From Pseudomonadota bacterium (GTDB lineage: Bacteria; Pseudomonadota; Alphaproteobacteria; Caulobacterales; Hyphomonadaceae), in contig JBCCCT010000001.1 of assembly GCA_039033355.1 (NCBI GenBank), forward strand, positions 5,893 to 69,892: a stretch of 64,000 nt of DNA. Reading direction: 5' to 3'. Shown piece by piece: positions 10,123 to 18,922 of this stretch. The first letter of the stretch is position 1; each line of letters opens with the position of its first letter. The notes below the pieces were generated by a model that did no database searches, had not been told where the DNA came from, and saw only the letters and a list, made by a program, of their open reading frames with translations. The position numbers and the translations under genes were made by a program.

Positions 10123-12453
10123 CTAGCGGATGCGGACCGAGGCGCCGCTAGACTTGTCCGTGGTAACGTCGGTGGGCTTGCCGCTGACCGAAATCGACGA
10201 ACCGCTGGAAGCATCCACATTGACGCTTTGAGAGGCAAAGACCCGGATGGAAGAGCCACTTGATGCGTCGACAATGGCGGTCTCGCATTCCAGCTTGTCG
10301 AGTGAGATGCTGGACCCTGAAGAGGCGTCGAGATCAAGGCTCTTGCAAGCGCCTTCCATCGAGAGCGACGACCCGCTTGAGGCATCAATGTCGAGGTCTC
10401 CGGCAACCACATTACCTTTGAAGGAAGATCCAGACGAGGCGTCGACAGCGCTCAGGTTTGGCGATGCGGCGTAGACCGTAATGCGTGGACCATAGCGACC
10501 CCAATTGGAGTTCTTTTTCTTTCTGGCCACCAGCGTGTCACCTTCAACCATGATCTCTATCTGATCCCACTTGCCGCGCTCAAGCGTGGCTGTGACGGAG
10601 GCATTCGGGTCTTGGGTGTAGACCATGGAAATGCCGCTTCCGACGTCGATCTTGTTGAAGGACTTGGTGCCAAAGTCGCGGGTCTCGGGCGATGTGACGC
10701 CGTCATACGCGCCGCCATTATTGCCTTCGCCACGTGACCAGACCCAGCGGTTCTTTTGACCTGCGCGTGCTTCCGCACGTTCTCTGTTCCGCTCCGCGCG
10801 CTCCATCGCGCGGTCGGCTTGGGCTTCGGCGCGTTCAGCATCACGCTCAGCGCGTTCGACCATCAGTTCGATCTGGTTTTCCCAGCGATCTGATTGAGCA
10901 TCCGCCCAGGCCTCAATGCGAGGTTCCATTTCAGCCGACCAGGCTTCCGCACGCTCTTCGACAAGCTCGCCCCATTCTTCCATTTCTTCGCCCCAGGCTT
11001 CCATCTTGGCTTCCCATTCAGCGAATTCCGGGCTGTCTTCCATGGCCTGCAGCTTCTCGGTATCGAACTCCATGTGGAAGCTATTGCCATTCTGCTCGAA
11101 CACCATGCCATCAAAGGGCGGCATGGCTGGCATTGGCGGCATAGGCGGTAGGTCGGACATGTCGAAGGAGAAGGTCTCGCCATCAACGGTCACGGCAAAG
11201 CTCATGTCATGGTCGCCCTTCATGACGAAGACATTCTCGCCATCCTTGGTCACGATCGTCTCTTCTTGCGGAGCGCCTTCCAGTTCCTGAGCAACTGAAG
11301 ATGTGCAGGAAGCAGTGGCAAAGATTGCGCCAGCGCCGAGGGCGACCGCGAGGGTTCCGCCCATGAGTCGGCTGCGCAGGGTGGGAGTGGGGTGCGTCAT
11401 CATTATTAGTCTTTCTTTTATGGGATGAGCGAGGGTCAGGCTCGCCGCAGCGATGCGACGATCCGAGGGGCGGGCAAGGCGCGCGGCCTTGACCAGTGTC
11501 CGGCCATAAGCGGCAGGAGACAGTTTGGCGCGCGCGATCACGTCAGCGTCACACGCTGCTTCCTGATCGGTGCGGAAGGCCCGTAGCGCCGTATAAGCCA
11601 GGGGATTGAACCATTGTGTGGCAGCGACAATCCGCGCGGCCTGGAAGGCCCAGAGATCGCGGCGCTTGAGGTGCATCAATTCATGCACCAGAGCGTCACG
11701 ACGTTCAGCGGCTTCATAGTCTTCTTCAAACCACATCGGCAGGAGAATGACCGGCTTGGTCAGGCCAGTAACCAGCGGACCACTGCACAGCAGGCTGGCA
11801 CGGACATCCGGCACACGCTTGATGCCGAGTTGCTTGGCGATCCGTGTGGTCTCAGCGACCGTAGCGGCTTCGGCTGGCTCTGAATCCGCGGCGATCAATT
11901 CAAGGAATTGGCGCTGCTGATAGAAAGAGCGTCCAAGCCAGAGGACCACCCCGGTTATCCAGACACACGTCAGGATCAGGGGCGCCTGGGCCAGGGTGGC
12001 CTCTAGCAAGCTGGTTCCGGATGGCGCTGCAATGTCAGCAATCGGAGCCGGAGATGTGGTTGGCGCAGGAGATGTGGTGATCGACATTTCTTCAATCGTC
12101 GGCAGCACAGGTGGCGCTGCGCCGAGTTCGGCGGTGGGCACAGGTGTGAACCACACGCGCTCAGCAGGCACTGCGATGGCTTCAACGGCGACGAATGAGT
12201 TCGGCTCGCTTGTGACGTCAGGGCTTGGTGCCGGGCGGGAAAAGCCTAGCAGACCCGCCAGCGACCAGTTGCCGGGCAATGGCGGCGTGACAAAGCGCGC
12301 CAGCGGCAGGGCCCAGAGCAGATAGGCGGCTTTGGCGCCATAGCGTTTCGCAAACGGTTTGCGAATGACCAGGACCAGCAGAACCAGCAGGCCGACGGCC
12401 AATGTGGTCAGTGTGGCTTCCTGAATGAATGGGTGAAATTCTGTCCAGCTCAT
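10123..12453 (-). CDS. BlaR1/MecR1-like M56 peptidase signal transducer with an atypical C-terminal region
   Basis: The N-terminal TM helices carry the zinc motif HELMHLKRRD (HExxH). These are followed by another TM helix, a PPMPPMPAMPP stretch, a long acidic E/R/A/W-rich repeat region, and a C-terminal beta-helix-like region with DASSGSS repeated five times (plus a degenerate DKSSGAS copy). Confidence 0.8.
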   Translation of the reverse strand: MSWTEFHPFIQEATLTTLAVGLLVLLVLVIRKPFAKRYGAKAAYLLWALPLARFVTPPLPGNWSLAGLLGFSRPAPSPDVTSEPNSFVAVEAIAVPAERVWFTPVPTAELGAAPPVLPTIEEMSITTSPAPTTSPAPIADIAAPSGTSLLEATLAQAPLILTCVWITGVVLWLGRSFYQQRQFLELIAADSEPAEAATVAETTRIAKQLGIKRVPDVRASLLCSGPLVTGLTKPVILLPMWFEEDYEAAERRDALVHELMHLKRRDLWAFQAARIVAATQWFNPLAYTALRAFRTDQEAACDADVIARAKLSPAAYGRTLVKAARLARPSDRRIAAASLTLAHPIKERLIMMTHPTPTLRSRLMGGTLAVALGAGAIFATASCTSSVAQELEGAPQEETIVTKDGENVFVMKGDHDMSFAVTVDGETFSFDMSDLPPMPPMPAMPPFDGMVFEQNGNSFHMEFDTEKLQAMEDSPEFAEWEAKMEAWGEEMEEWGELVEERAEAWSAEMEPRIEAWADAQSDRWENQIELMVERAERDAERAEAQADRAMERAERNRERAEARAGQKNRWVWSRGEGNNGGAYDGVTSPETRDFGTKSFNKIDVGSGISMVYTQDPNASVTATLERGKWDQIEIMVEGDTLVARKKKNSNWGRYGPRITVYAASPNLSAVDASSGSSFKGNVVAGDLDIDASSGSSLSMEGACKSLDLDASSGSSISLDKLECETAIVDASSGSSIRVFASQSVNVDASSGSSISVSGKPTDVTTDKSSGASVRIR

Positions 12454-12821
12454 TGCTTCAGTCTCCCCAACAGAGCTTCGAGTTCTTCAATATCGTCATT
12501 GCTGAGCCCACGGGCATCAGCCAATTGCGCGACCAGTGGCGCCGCGCGTCCGCCAAACAGTTTATCGATCAACTGTCCGGCTTCTTTCTTTTGATAGTCA
12601 CGTTTGGCGATCAAGGGACGGTACAGATAGCGCCGTCCATCAGCGACCGTGTCCAGCGCGCCTTTCTCGACCAGGCGCGACAACAGGGTCTTCACCGTGC
12701 GCGGGCTCCAGTCCTGTTCACCGTCCAGGGCGTCGACAATTTCCGACGCGCCGATGCCAGGCCGTTTCCACAGCACTTTCATGATTTCCAATTCAGCAGG
12801 CGTAATTTGCAGACTCATCAT
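12450..12821 (-). CDS. BlaI/MecI/CopY-family winged-helix repressor
   Basis: 123 aa with ELEIMKVLW...TVKTLLSRLVEKGAL. It overlaps the downstream blaR1-like gene by 4 nt. Confidence 0.85.
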   Translation of the reverse strand: MMSLQITPAELEIMKVLWKRPGIGASEIVDALDGEQDWSPRTVKTLLSRLVEKGALDTVADGRRYLYRPLIAKRDYQKKEAGQLIDKLFGGRAAPLVAQLADARGLSNDDIEELEALLGRLKQ

Positions 12822-12830
12822 CTCACCTTT

Positions 12831-12877
12831 TGACTACAGTTGTGGTCAATAGCGATGACTACAAATGTGGTCAATAG
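12831..12877. promoter_or_regulatory. Tandem 22-bp operator-like direct repeats in the blaI-like / phosphatase divergent region
   Basis: TGACTACAGTTGTGGTCAATAG (12831-12852) and TGACTACAAATGTGGTCAATAG (12856-12877) match at 20 of 22 positions. Each contains a TACA..TGT dyad like those in BlaI/MecI operators. On the minus strand, TTGACC-N17-TATTGA promoter-like hexamers overlap them. Confidence 0.55.
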
Positions 12878-13012
12878 GGTAATTGTGACTCTTTTGTTAT
12901 TTTTTGGGGGTTGGAGCGATGAAACCGATCCCGCTTCGACATTGGTTGGTTTAAGTTCCTTGCCGGAGCGATAATTCTTTCAACCACCTGTGAACTGCCA
13001 GATTAGTCTTAC

Positions 13013-13729
13013 ATGGAACCAGCGCTTCAATCGATTCACTACGTCATCGGCGATATTCACGGCCAACGTGATCAGTTGTGCGCCTTGCTCGATGCCATTG
13101 AGGCCCGGCACCGCTGGAAGCATGCGGATCAAAAGGGCGTTCTCGTCTATTTGGGAGATTACATAGATCGTGGCTCAGATTCGCATGCCGTGATCGACCG
13201 CGTCATGGCCGGCGTGGACGGTTTCGAAAGTGTTTTCCTCAAAGGCAATCACGAGGAACTGCTGCTGAACTGCCTTGAGACGGAAGATCGCTCAGCCTGG
13301 AATGTGTGGATGGCTGTCGGGGGAGAGCCGACGCTGAAATCCTTCGGGTATGATCTCTTTTACGAGAAATATAATTCAGCGAAGTTAGCTGAAGTTCTCG
13401 GCCAGCGGGTTCTCAACTGGCTTGGTTCGCTTCAGCTCTTTTATCGACATGCCGATTTTCTGTGCGTGCATGCTGGGCTGTTACCAGGTGCCCTCCTGGA
13501 ACGTCAGAAGGAGAAAGACATGTTGTGGATCCGTCGGCAGTTTCTGGACAGCGATTATGATTTCGGATTTGGCGTGATCCATGGCCACACGCCGTCAGAC
13601 CGGCCGACGGTCAAACCAAATAGAATCGGCATTGATACCGGCGCAGGTCAGGATGGAGACCTCACGGCACTCGTCATTGATAGAGCATGGGCCGACCTGA
13701 TCCGTGAACCGACTTTCATTTCGGTATGA
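13013..13729 (+). CDS. PPP-family metallophosphoesterase (Ser/Thr-type protein phosphatase, PrpA/ApaH-like)
   Basis: GDIHG, GDYIDRG, GNHE and HGHTP motifs occur in canonical order. 238 aa. Confidence 0.8.
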   Translation: MEPALQSIHYVIGDIHGQRDQLCALLDAIEARHRWKHADQKGVLVYLGDYIDRGSDSHAVIDRVMAGVDGFESVFLKGNHEELLLNCLETEDRSAWNVWMAVGGEPTLKSFGYDLFYEKYNSAKLAEVLGQRVLNWLGSLQLFYRHADFLCVHAGLLPGALLERQKEKDMLWIRRQFLDSDYDFGFGVIHGHTPSDRPTVKPNRIGIDTGAGQDGDLTALVIDRAWADLIREPTFISV

Positions 13730-13809
13730 TCGCGGCGTTTTTGCTTTCCCGGAAGACATCGACCGGTAAATCCGTTAGCTAGCCTCCGATCGCTTCAGAG
13801 AGGCACGAC

Positions 13810-14520
13810 ATGTCGCTTACCGCACGGCGCGTTGCGAAAACCCATAAAGTCATCGGCCTGGTCGCGGGCGCCCTGCTTTTGTCCTGGACCGCGAGCGGCC
13901 TGTTCTTCTCGCTCTATCCGATTGAAGAAATTCGCGGCGACCCCTGGCGTCCCGTCATCGCGCATGGGGATCTTGCCGACATGTCGGTGCAGGTTCCGGC
14001 AACGGCAGCCATGGCGACTGCGAACGCGCCGGTCAGAACGCTGTCGCTGAAACCCTTTCTCGGCGCGCCAGTCTGGATGCTGCAAACCGAACGCGGCCAA
14101 ATCATGCTCGATGCGACGACCGGCGAGATCCGCTCGCCGCTCACCCAGGCGGATATCGATGCCCTGATCGCTCGCTTTGATGACAAACCGGACGGGCTCG
14201 GCGCTTTGACTGTCACTTACAAGATCAGCGAAAATCCGTTGCGGGAATATGGCGGGCCGCTGCCAGCCTGGGTGATTGAGTATGAGCCCCGCAAGCAAAG
14301 GATCTATATCGATGCAGCCTCTGGCGATATCCGCGCGGTGCGGACCACCAAATGGCGGATCTTCGACATTCTCTGGCGATTCCACATTCTGGATGTCACA
14401 GGCGATGACCGGTTCGATTCCTGGTGGCTGAAACTGGCTGCGTTTCTCGGCCTGGTCATGGTGCTTAGCGGATGGATCCTGCTGATCGACCGGCTGATCA
14501 AGGGGCGCCTGTTCAAATAG
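13810..14520 (+). CDS. PepSY domain-containing membrane protein
   Basis: It has an N-terminal TM (HKVIGLVAGALLLSWTASG), a periplasmic PepSY-like region, then WRFHILD and a C-terminal TM. The minus-strand ORF 13795..14385 is judged spurious. Confidence 0.7.
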   Translation: MSLTARRVAKTHKVIGLVAGALLLSWTASGLFFSLYPIEEIRGDPWRPVIAHGDLADMSVQVPATAAMATANAPVRTLSLKPFLGAPVWMLQTERGQIMLDATTGEIRSPLTQADIDALIARFDDKPDGLGALTVTYKISENPLREYGGPLPAWVIEYEPRKQRIYIDAASGDIRAVRTTKWRIFDILWRFHILDVTGDDRFDSWWLKLAAFLGLVMVLSGWILLIDRLIKGRLFK

Positions 14521-14546
14521 AGATCGACCCGGGTGCGAACCTGCTG

Positions 14547-15620
14547 CTAGCCGACGGATCGATGCTCCGCAGGCGTGTCAGCGTCCTGGCGTGTCTCGAT
14601 GCCGACGGTCTCGGCGACAATATAGAGCGGCCGGGCTTTGACCTCGGTGAAGATGCGCCCGAGATACTCGCCAATGACACCAATCCCGATCAGGGAAATA
14701 CCATTGAAGAACAGGATCACGCTCATCAATGAGGCATAGCCAGGCGTATCCAATCCAAAGACCAGGGCCTTGGTGACGGTAAATGCAAGATATGCGAGGG
14801 CAAACAGGCTGACGCCAAACCCGAGATAGGACCAGACCCGAAGCGGTAGCGATGAGAAGGACGTGATGCCATCAATCGCGAAATTCCACAGTTTCCAATA
14901 ATTCCACTTGGTTTCGCCAGCGCTGCGCTGTTCGCGGTCATATTCGACAATTTCAGGCTCATAGCCAACCCAGGTGAACAGGCCTTTCATAAACCGTGAG
15001 CGCTCTGGCAGGCGTTTGATGGCGTTGACGACATCGCGGTCCATCAGCCGGAAATCACCGACATTTTGAGGGATTTTCGGATGTGTGAGCTTCGAGAACA
15101 GCCAATAGGCCGCGTTCGCGGTCATCCGCTTGAGCCAGGTATCGCTGGACCGATCGCGGCGCTTTGCGAGGACGAGTTTCGCGCCGGCACGCCATTTGGC
15201 CAACATCAGTGGAATGACTTCAGGCGGGTCCTGCAAATCCGCATCAATCGGGACCACCGCAGCCCCAATCGCATGGTCGATGCCGGCAGACAGGGCGATT
15301 TCCTTGCCAAAGTTGCGCGACAGATTGACGATTTTGATGCGCGAATCTTGCTCGGCCTTGATGCGTAGCAGGCCAAGTGTTTTGTCGCGACTGCCATCAT
15401 TCACGCAAATGATCTCATAGGACTGTGTCACGGTCTGTAACGTCCGTAGCACACGTTTGAAAAAATCGTCGATGACGCTTTCCTCATTATACATAGGGAC
15501 GATGATTGAGAGAGTTGTCACGTTTCGTGTTCCGGTTTCGTCCAACCTGACTAAGGCAAAGAAGTTTCCAAAGGCTTTGCGAATGGGCCCAGTCGCATTG
15601 CGCGCGGAGCCATGAGCCAA
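14547..15620 (-). CDS. GT2 polyprenyl-phosphate glycosyltransferase (ArnC/GtrB-like)
   Basis: Motifs LSIIVPMYNEE, NDGSRD and PIDADLQDPPE, plus two C-terminal TM helices. The track start overlaps the upstream gene by 70 nt, so the true start is probably TTG at 15545 or GTG at 15521. Confidence 0.8.
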   Translation of the reverse strand: MAHGSARNATGPIRKAFGNFFALVRLDETGTRNVTTLSIIVPMYNEESVIDDFFKRVLRTLQTVTQSYEIICVNDGSRDKTLGLLRIKAEQDSRIKIVNLSRNFGKEIALSAGIDHAIGAAVVPIDADLQDPPEVIPLMLAKWRAGAKLVLAKRRDRSSDTWLKRMTANAAYWLFSKLTHPKIPQNVGDFRLMDRDVVNAIKRLPERSRFMKGLFTWVGYEPEIVEYDREQRSAGETKWNYWKLWNFAIDGITSFSSLPLRVWSYLGFGVSLFALAYLAFTVTKALVFGLDTPGYASLMSVILFFNGISLIGIGVIGEYLGRIFTEVKARPLYIVAETVGIETRQDADTPAEHRSVG

Positions 15621-17320
15621 ACAAGGAAGATGAAGAGCGCTCCAAGACTCAAGCTGGAGCCAATCTTCTGCGGCCGCGTTTCGATCAATTCCAGCGTGAT
15701 TTCGGAGACGCCTGCGGGCGCAGAGAGTTGGATAATGCCGAGATCCGGGTCTTCGGAAATCGACAATGGACGACCATCCTGACCATAAGCGCGCCAGTGC
15801 GGCCAGTACGGGACAGGAAGCCGAATCTCGCGTGCCGTGCTGCCGGGCAGCTGCAGCGTAAACCGATCATGGATTTCGGCCTGCAGCGTGGCGTTTGGAG
15901 CATCCTGTTCAAACGCGGCCTGCGCGTTTTGGAATCCGGCTTCGACCTCGTCAAAGAAGAAATAGAAGCGATCCGCGTTCGCGACGCCATCCAGATCCCG
16001 CGTCCGGAACCGCTCCAGGGCGCGCTGTTTGAAGGTGGGCGGAATATATTCCAGCGGCGCCACAGGAAGATAAGGCGACGCGTCTGCGCGGCTCTCCTGA
16101 ATGATTTGATGCGACTGACCTAATGGGAGCGCGAAGGCGGCTACAAAGGCGAAGCCAGTTGCCCCGAGCGCGACCTTGATCAGCAGGCTGCTCGCGCGCC
16201 AGGCGTGCGAGAGCGCATACTTGGTCAGAACAATTGCCGCCAGCGCGATGGACAGATCCGTGACCACCAGGGCGCGATCCGGGAACTGAACCTTGTTGAT
16301 GATCCAGAACTTCCACATCGGATAAGAGACAAAGGTCATGGCGAATGCCGCGAAAGCACTCGGGACCAGGATCCACAGTAACAGCATTGATGGGGTCCGC
16401 CGGGTTTTCAGCACGAGGCTCGCCGCGATCGCGGAAACAACCACAAGAATAAGGACAAGTTTGAACTTCTGCGTCTTGAACGGGTCATTCTCCGGCACGC
16501 CATCGAGCAATAGCCATCGCGTGGAGTCATAATAATCCGAGTACAGCATATCCGCGGATACGCTGCTCAACAGACCAATAGCAGGCATCCAGTAAAAGGC
16601 GCTCAGCGCAATCCCCAGCATGGTCCAGGGCAGAAAGCGGAAAAGAAGCGCAAATTGCTCGCGCCGCTCGCGGTATTTTGTCAGCGCGGTCCAAACCGCA
16701 AAGACCAGGATCAAGTGCGAGATGATCATGGTTGACGGCAAATGGCTCAGCGCGAGCGCCGCGAAACTGAAGGCGAAGAGCGGGCCGCCTTTCCTGTCTT
16801 CCACCATTTGGCAAATCGCGAGAGCAAGAATGGGCAGGATGGCTAGCGCCATGATCGCACCGATGGTCTGCCCGATATACCAGTTGATCAGATAGTGGAA
16901 TGGCAGGACGACGTAGAGCATCGCGCCAAATCCGGCCCATGCGGGCGCGAAGAAGCGGCGTGCGAAAATGAAAAAACTGATGCCGGACAGGATCAGCATC
17001 CAGGCGGCGGCGATCGAAAAGGCCTGACTTGTTCCGCAGCCCGGACAGCCAATCTCTCCAACGATGCTCGCGAACCAGAAAGGCAGCGGACCATAGAAGT
17101 AGAAGTCCAGTCCGCCATGGCCATACCAAAGCTCTGTGGTGTGCCGGGGATAGAGGTCACCTTGCCAGAAGGCGGTGCGAAAGGCTTCGAACCAGGACAG
17201 GTTGTAATCGAATGAGGCGCCCCGCGGCGTTTCGACGAGGCCGTGGAACAAGAGCAGGCTCAGACCAAACAGGCCTGCCATCATCGTTAAGCGCCAATGC
17301 GCCTTTATGCTTGTCATCAT
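15551..17320 (-). CDS. Large polytopic membrane protein, putative GT-C-like glycosyltransferase
   Basis: 589 aa with about 12 TM helices and a soluble C-terminal domain. The N-terminal loop is WYGHGGLDFYFYGPLPFW. It lies immediately upstream of the ArnC-like GT2. The function is inferred from context. Confidence 0.55.
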   Translation of the reverse strand: MMTSIKAHWRLTMMAGLFGLSLLLFHGLVETPRGASFDYNLSWFEAFRTAFWQGDLYPRHTTELWYGHGGLDFYFYGPLPFWFASIVGEIGCPGCGTSQAFSIAAAWMLILSGISFFIFARRFFAPAWAGFGAMLYVVLPFHYLINWYIGQTIGAIMALAILPILALAICQMVEDRKGGPLFAFSFAALALSHLPSTMIISHLILVFAVWTALTKYRERREQFALLFRFLPWTMLGIALSAFYWMPAIGLLSSVSADMLYSDYYDSTRWLLLDGVPENDPFKTQKFKLVLILVVVSAIAASLVLKTRRTPSMLLLWILVPSAFAAFAMTFVSYPMWKFWIINKVQFPDRALVVTDLSIALAAIVLTKYALSHAWRASSLLIKVALGATGFAFVAAFALPLGQSHQIIQESRADASPYLPVAPLEYIPPTFKQRALERFRTRDLDGVANADRFYFFFDEVEAGFQNAQAAFEQDAPNATLQAEIHDRFTLQLPGSTAREIRLPVPYWPHWRAYGQDGRPLSISEDPDLGIIQLSAPAGVSEITLELIETRPQKIGSSLSLGALFIFLVWLMAPRAMRLGPFAKPLETSLP

Positions 17321-17392
17321 GACGCCAATCCGCGAACTCGAACAAACGCTCTTAGCCGATTGAGATTAATACGAGTTTTATGGGCGGAGTTG

Positions 17393-18886
17393 TCACTCCG
17401 TCTCGTTTTTGTCGCGGGCCTTTACCATTTCGACCTTGAGTGTCGATCCCGGCGTGATCAAAACATCTTCGTGACGAAGCGGAATATCAATTCCGGCTTC
17501 CCGGAACTTGTCCCAGATGTTGAGCATGACTGCGGAAGAGACGTTGGAGACGCCATTCTCCGGATCATTGATCCAGAAACGAACTTCAATCTCGATGGCT
17601 TCATCGCCAAACTCCATGACCAGGCATTTGGGCGCCGGGCGGGCGAGCACGCGATCCGTCTCCATGGCGCCTTTCTGAACCAGGTCGACCGCCTGGCGCA
17701 GGTCGGTTTCATATTCGACGCGGAGACGTCGTTTCACGCGGACTTCCTTGTTCGAATAGGACCAGTTCACAACCTTGTCGGTGATCAGCATTTCATTGGG
17801 GATCAGGTGTTCCTTGCCATCGCGCGTGATCACCGAGGCATAGCGCAAGCCCAGCGACTTCACGACGCCATAGGTCTCGTCGACCTCGATCACATCATCC
17901 GGCTTGATCGATCGATCCGTCAGCAGGATCACGCCGGAGATGAAATTGGCAACGATTTGCTGCATGCCAAAGCCGAGGCCGACCCCGATGGCCCCGCCAA
18001 GGACGGCCAGGCCGGACAATGGAATGCCAAGGCCGGCCATTGCCAGCAAGGCCGCGCCAAAGAACAGGCCGACTTGAACCGCATTGCCCATCAGAATGCG
18101 CAAGGACGGTTCGACTTGAGGCAATTCGTCGACCCGGGTCTTCAATTTGCCGGCCAGCCAATTGGCGGCGAACATGAAGAGTGCCACCGTAGCGATCGCC
18201 TGCACCACGAAGACGGGACTGATAATGCGATCGCCAAAAGGCGGGCCGATACTGCTCAGCCAGGTCATTACTTCGTCGAGAATGCCGAAGGCGTAGAGCG
18301 CGGCGAAAATCCAGATCACCCAGCCGGCTGGTTTTCGGAAGCCTGCCGGCAGGAAGGTCGTGACCAAACGGATCAGCAACCAGGCCAGGGACAGCGAGGA
18401 CGCGATGCGCACCAGGGTGCTGTCCATCGCCCCGCCGGCCATGGCCGCCTGGCTGGCATAAAGCAAAGCTGCCCAGAGCGCCGGACGCACCAGGCGCGGG
18501 GCCGTCTCGCGCGCCAGCGGGCGCAGATTCTCCGGCAACCGTTCGACTCCGGACATCACCCAGTTGCGGACCTGGGGCGCGAACATCATGCCGAGGACCA
18601 GCGCGCCAAGTATGACGCCAACCTGGACCAGATACGGCCACATAAGCTCAGCGTTCAGCAGATATGTCTGGGCCCAGCCCACAGGATCTGCCAGGATCGG
18701 ATCAGTCCAACTGAACAGGCTGTTTGACTCGGGGTCTGCGGGTGCTGGCAATTCGGGTGCGGCGACGCCATCATCCGGGACCAGATAGAATTCACCATCA
18801 GGGCCCTGAACCAGTTTCATCGCCTGCGCGCCATCTGGCACGGTCTCGACCTGTTCAACCGGTTGCGCGGGCGTGGTGTCTTGCAT
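17393..18886 (-). CDS. Mechanosensitive ion channel family protein (MscS-like)
   Basis: Multiple N-terminal TM helices precede the MscS core, NFISGVILLTDRSIKPDDVIEVD...GVVKSLGLRYASVITRDGKEHLIPNE. Confidence 0.85.
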   Translation of the reverse strand: MQDTTPAQPVEQVETVPDGAQAMKLVQGPDGEFYLVPDDGVAAPELPAPADPESNSLFSWTDPILADPVGWAQTYLLNAELMWPYLVQVGVILGALVLGMMFAPQVRNWVMSGVERLPENLRPLARETAPRLVRPALWAALLYASQAAMAGGAMDSTLVRIASSLSLAWLLIRLVTTFLPAGFRKPAGWVIWIFAALYAFGILDEVMTWLSSIGPPFGDRIISPVFVVQAIATVALFMFAANWLAGKLKTRVDELPQVEPSLRILMGNAVQVGLFFGAALLAMAGLGIPLSGLAVLGGAIGVGLGFGMQQIVANFISGVILLTDRSIKPDDVIEVDETYGVVKSLGLRYASVITRDGKEHLIPNEMLITDKVVNWSYSNKEVRVKRRLRVEYETDLRQAVDLVQKGAMETDRVLARPAPKCLVMEFGDEAIEIEVRFWINDPENGVSNVSSAVMLNIWDKFREAGIDIPLRHEDVLITPGSTLKVEMVKARDKNETE

Positions 18887-18922
18887 TGTATCCTCAGCGA
18901 CGTCCTTGGTCGCGGGGATAGC

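Noticed and set aside
13795-14385. 196-aa minus-strand ORF
   Set aside because: It is antisense to the PepSY/TM protein gene. Its product is Arg-rich and low in complexity.
14411-14421. GGTTCGATTCC, a tRNA T-loop-like motif
   Set aside because: It lies inside the PepSY protein CDS. The flanking bases do not form T-stem, acceptor or anticodon arms, so it is a coincidental match.
17297-18727. 476-aa plus-strand ORF
   Set aside because: It is antisense to the MscS-family gene, whose translation has clear channel motifs. Its product has a biased composition (R/G/D/H-rich) with no motifs.
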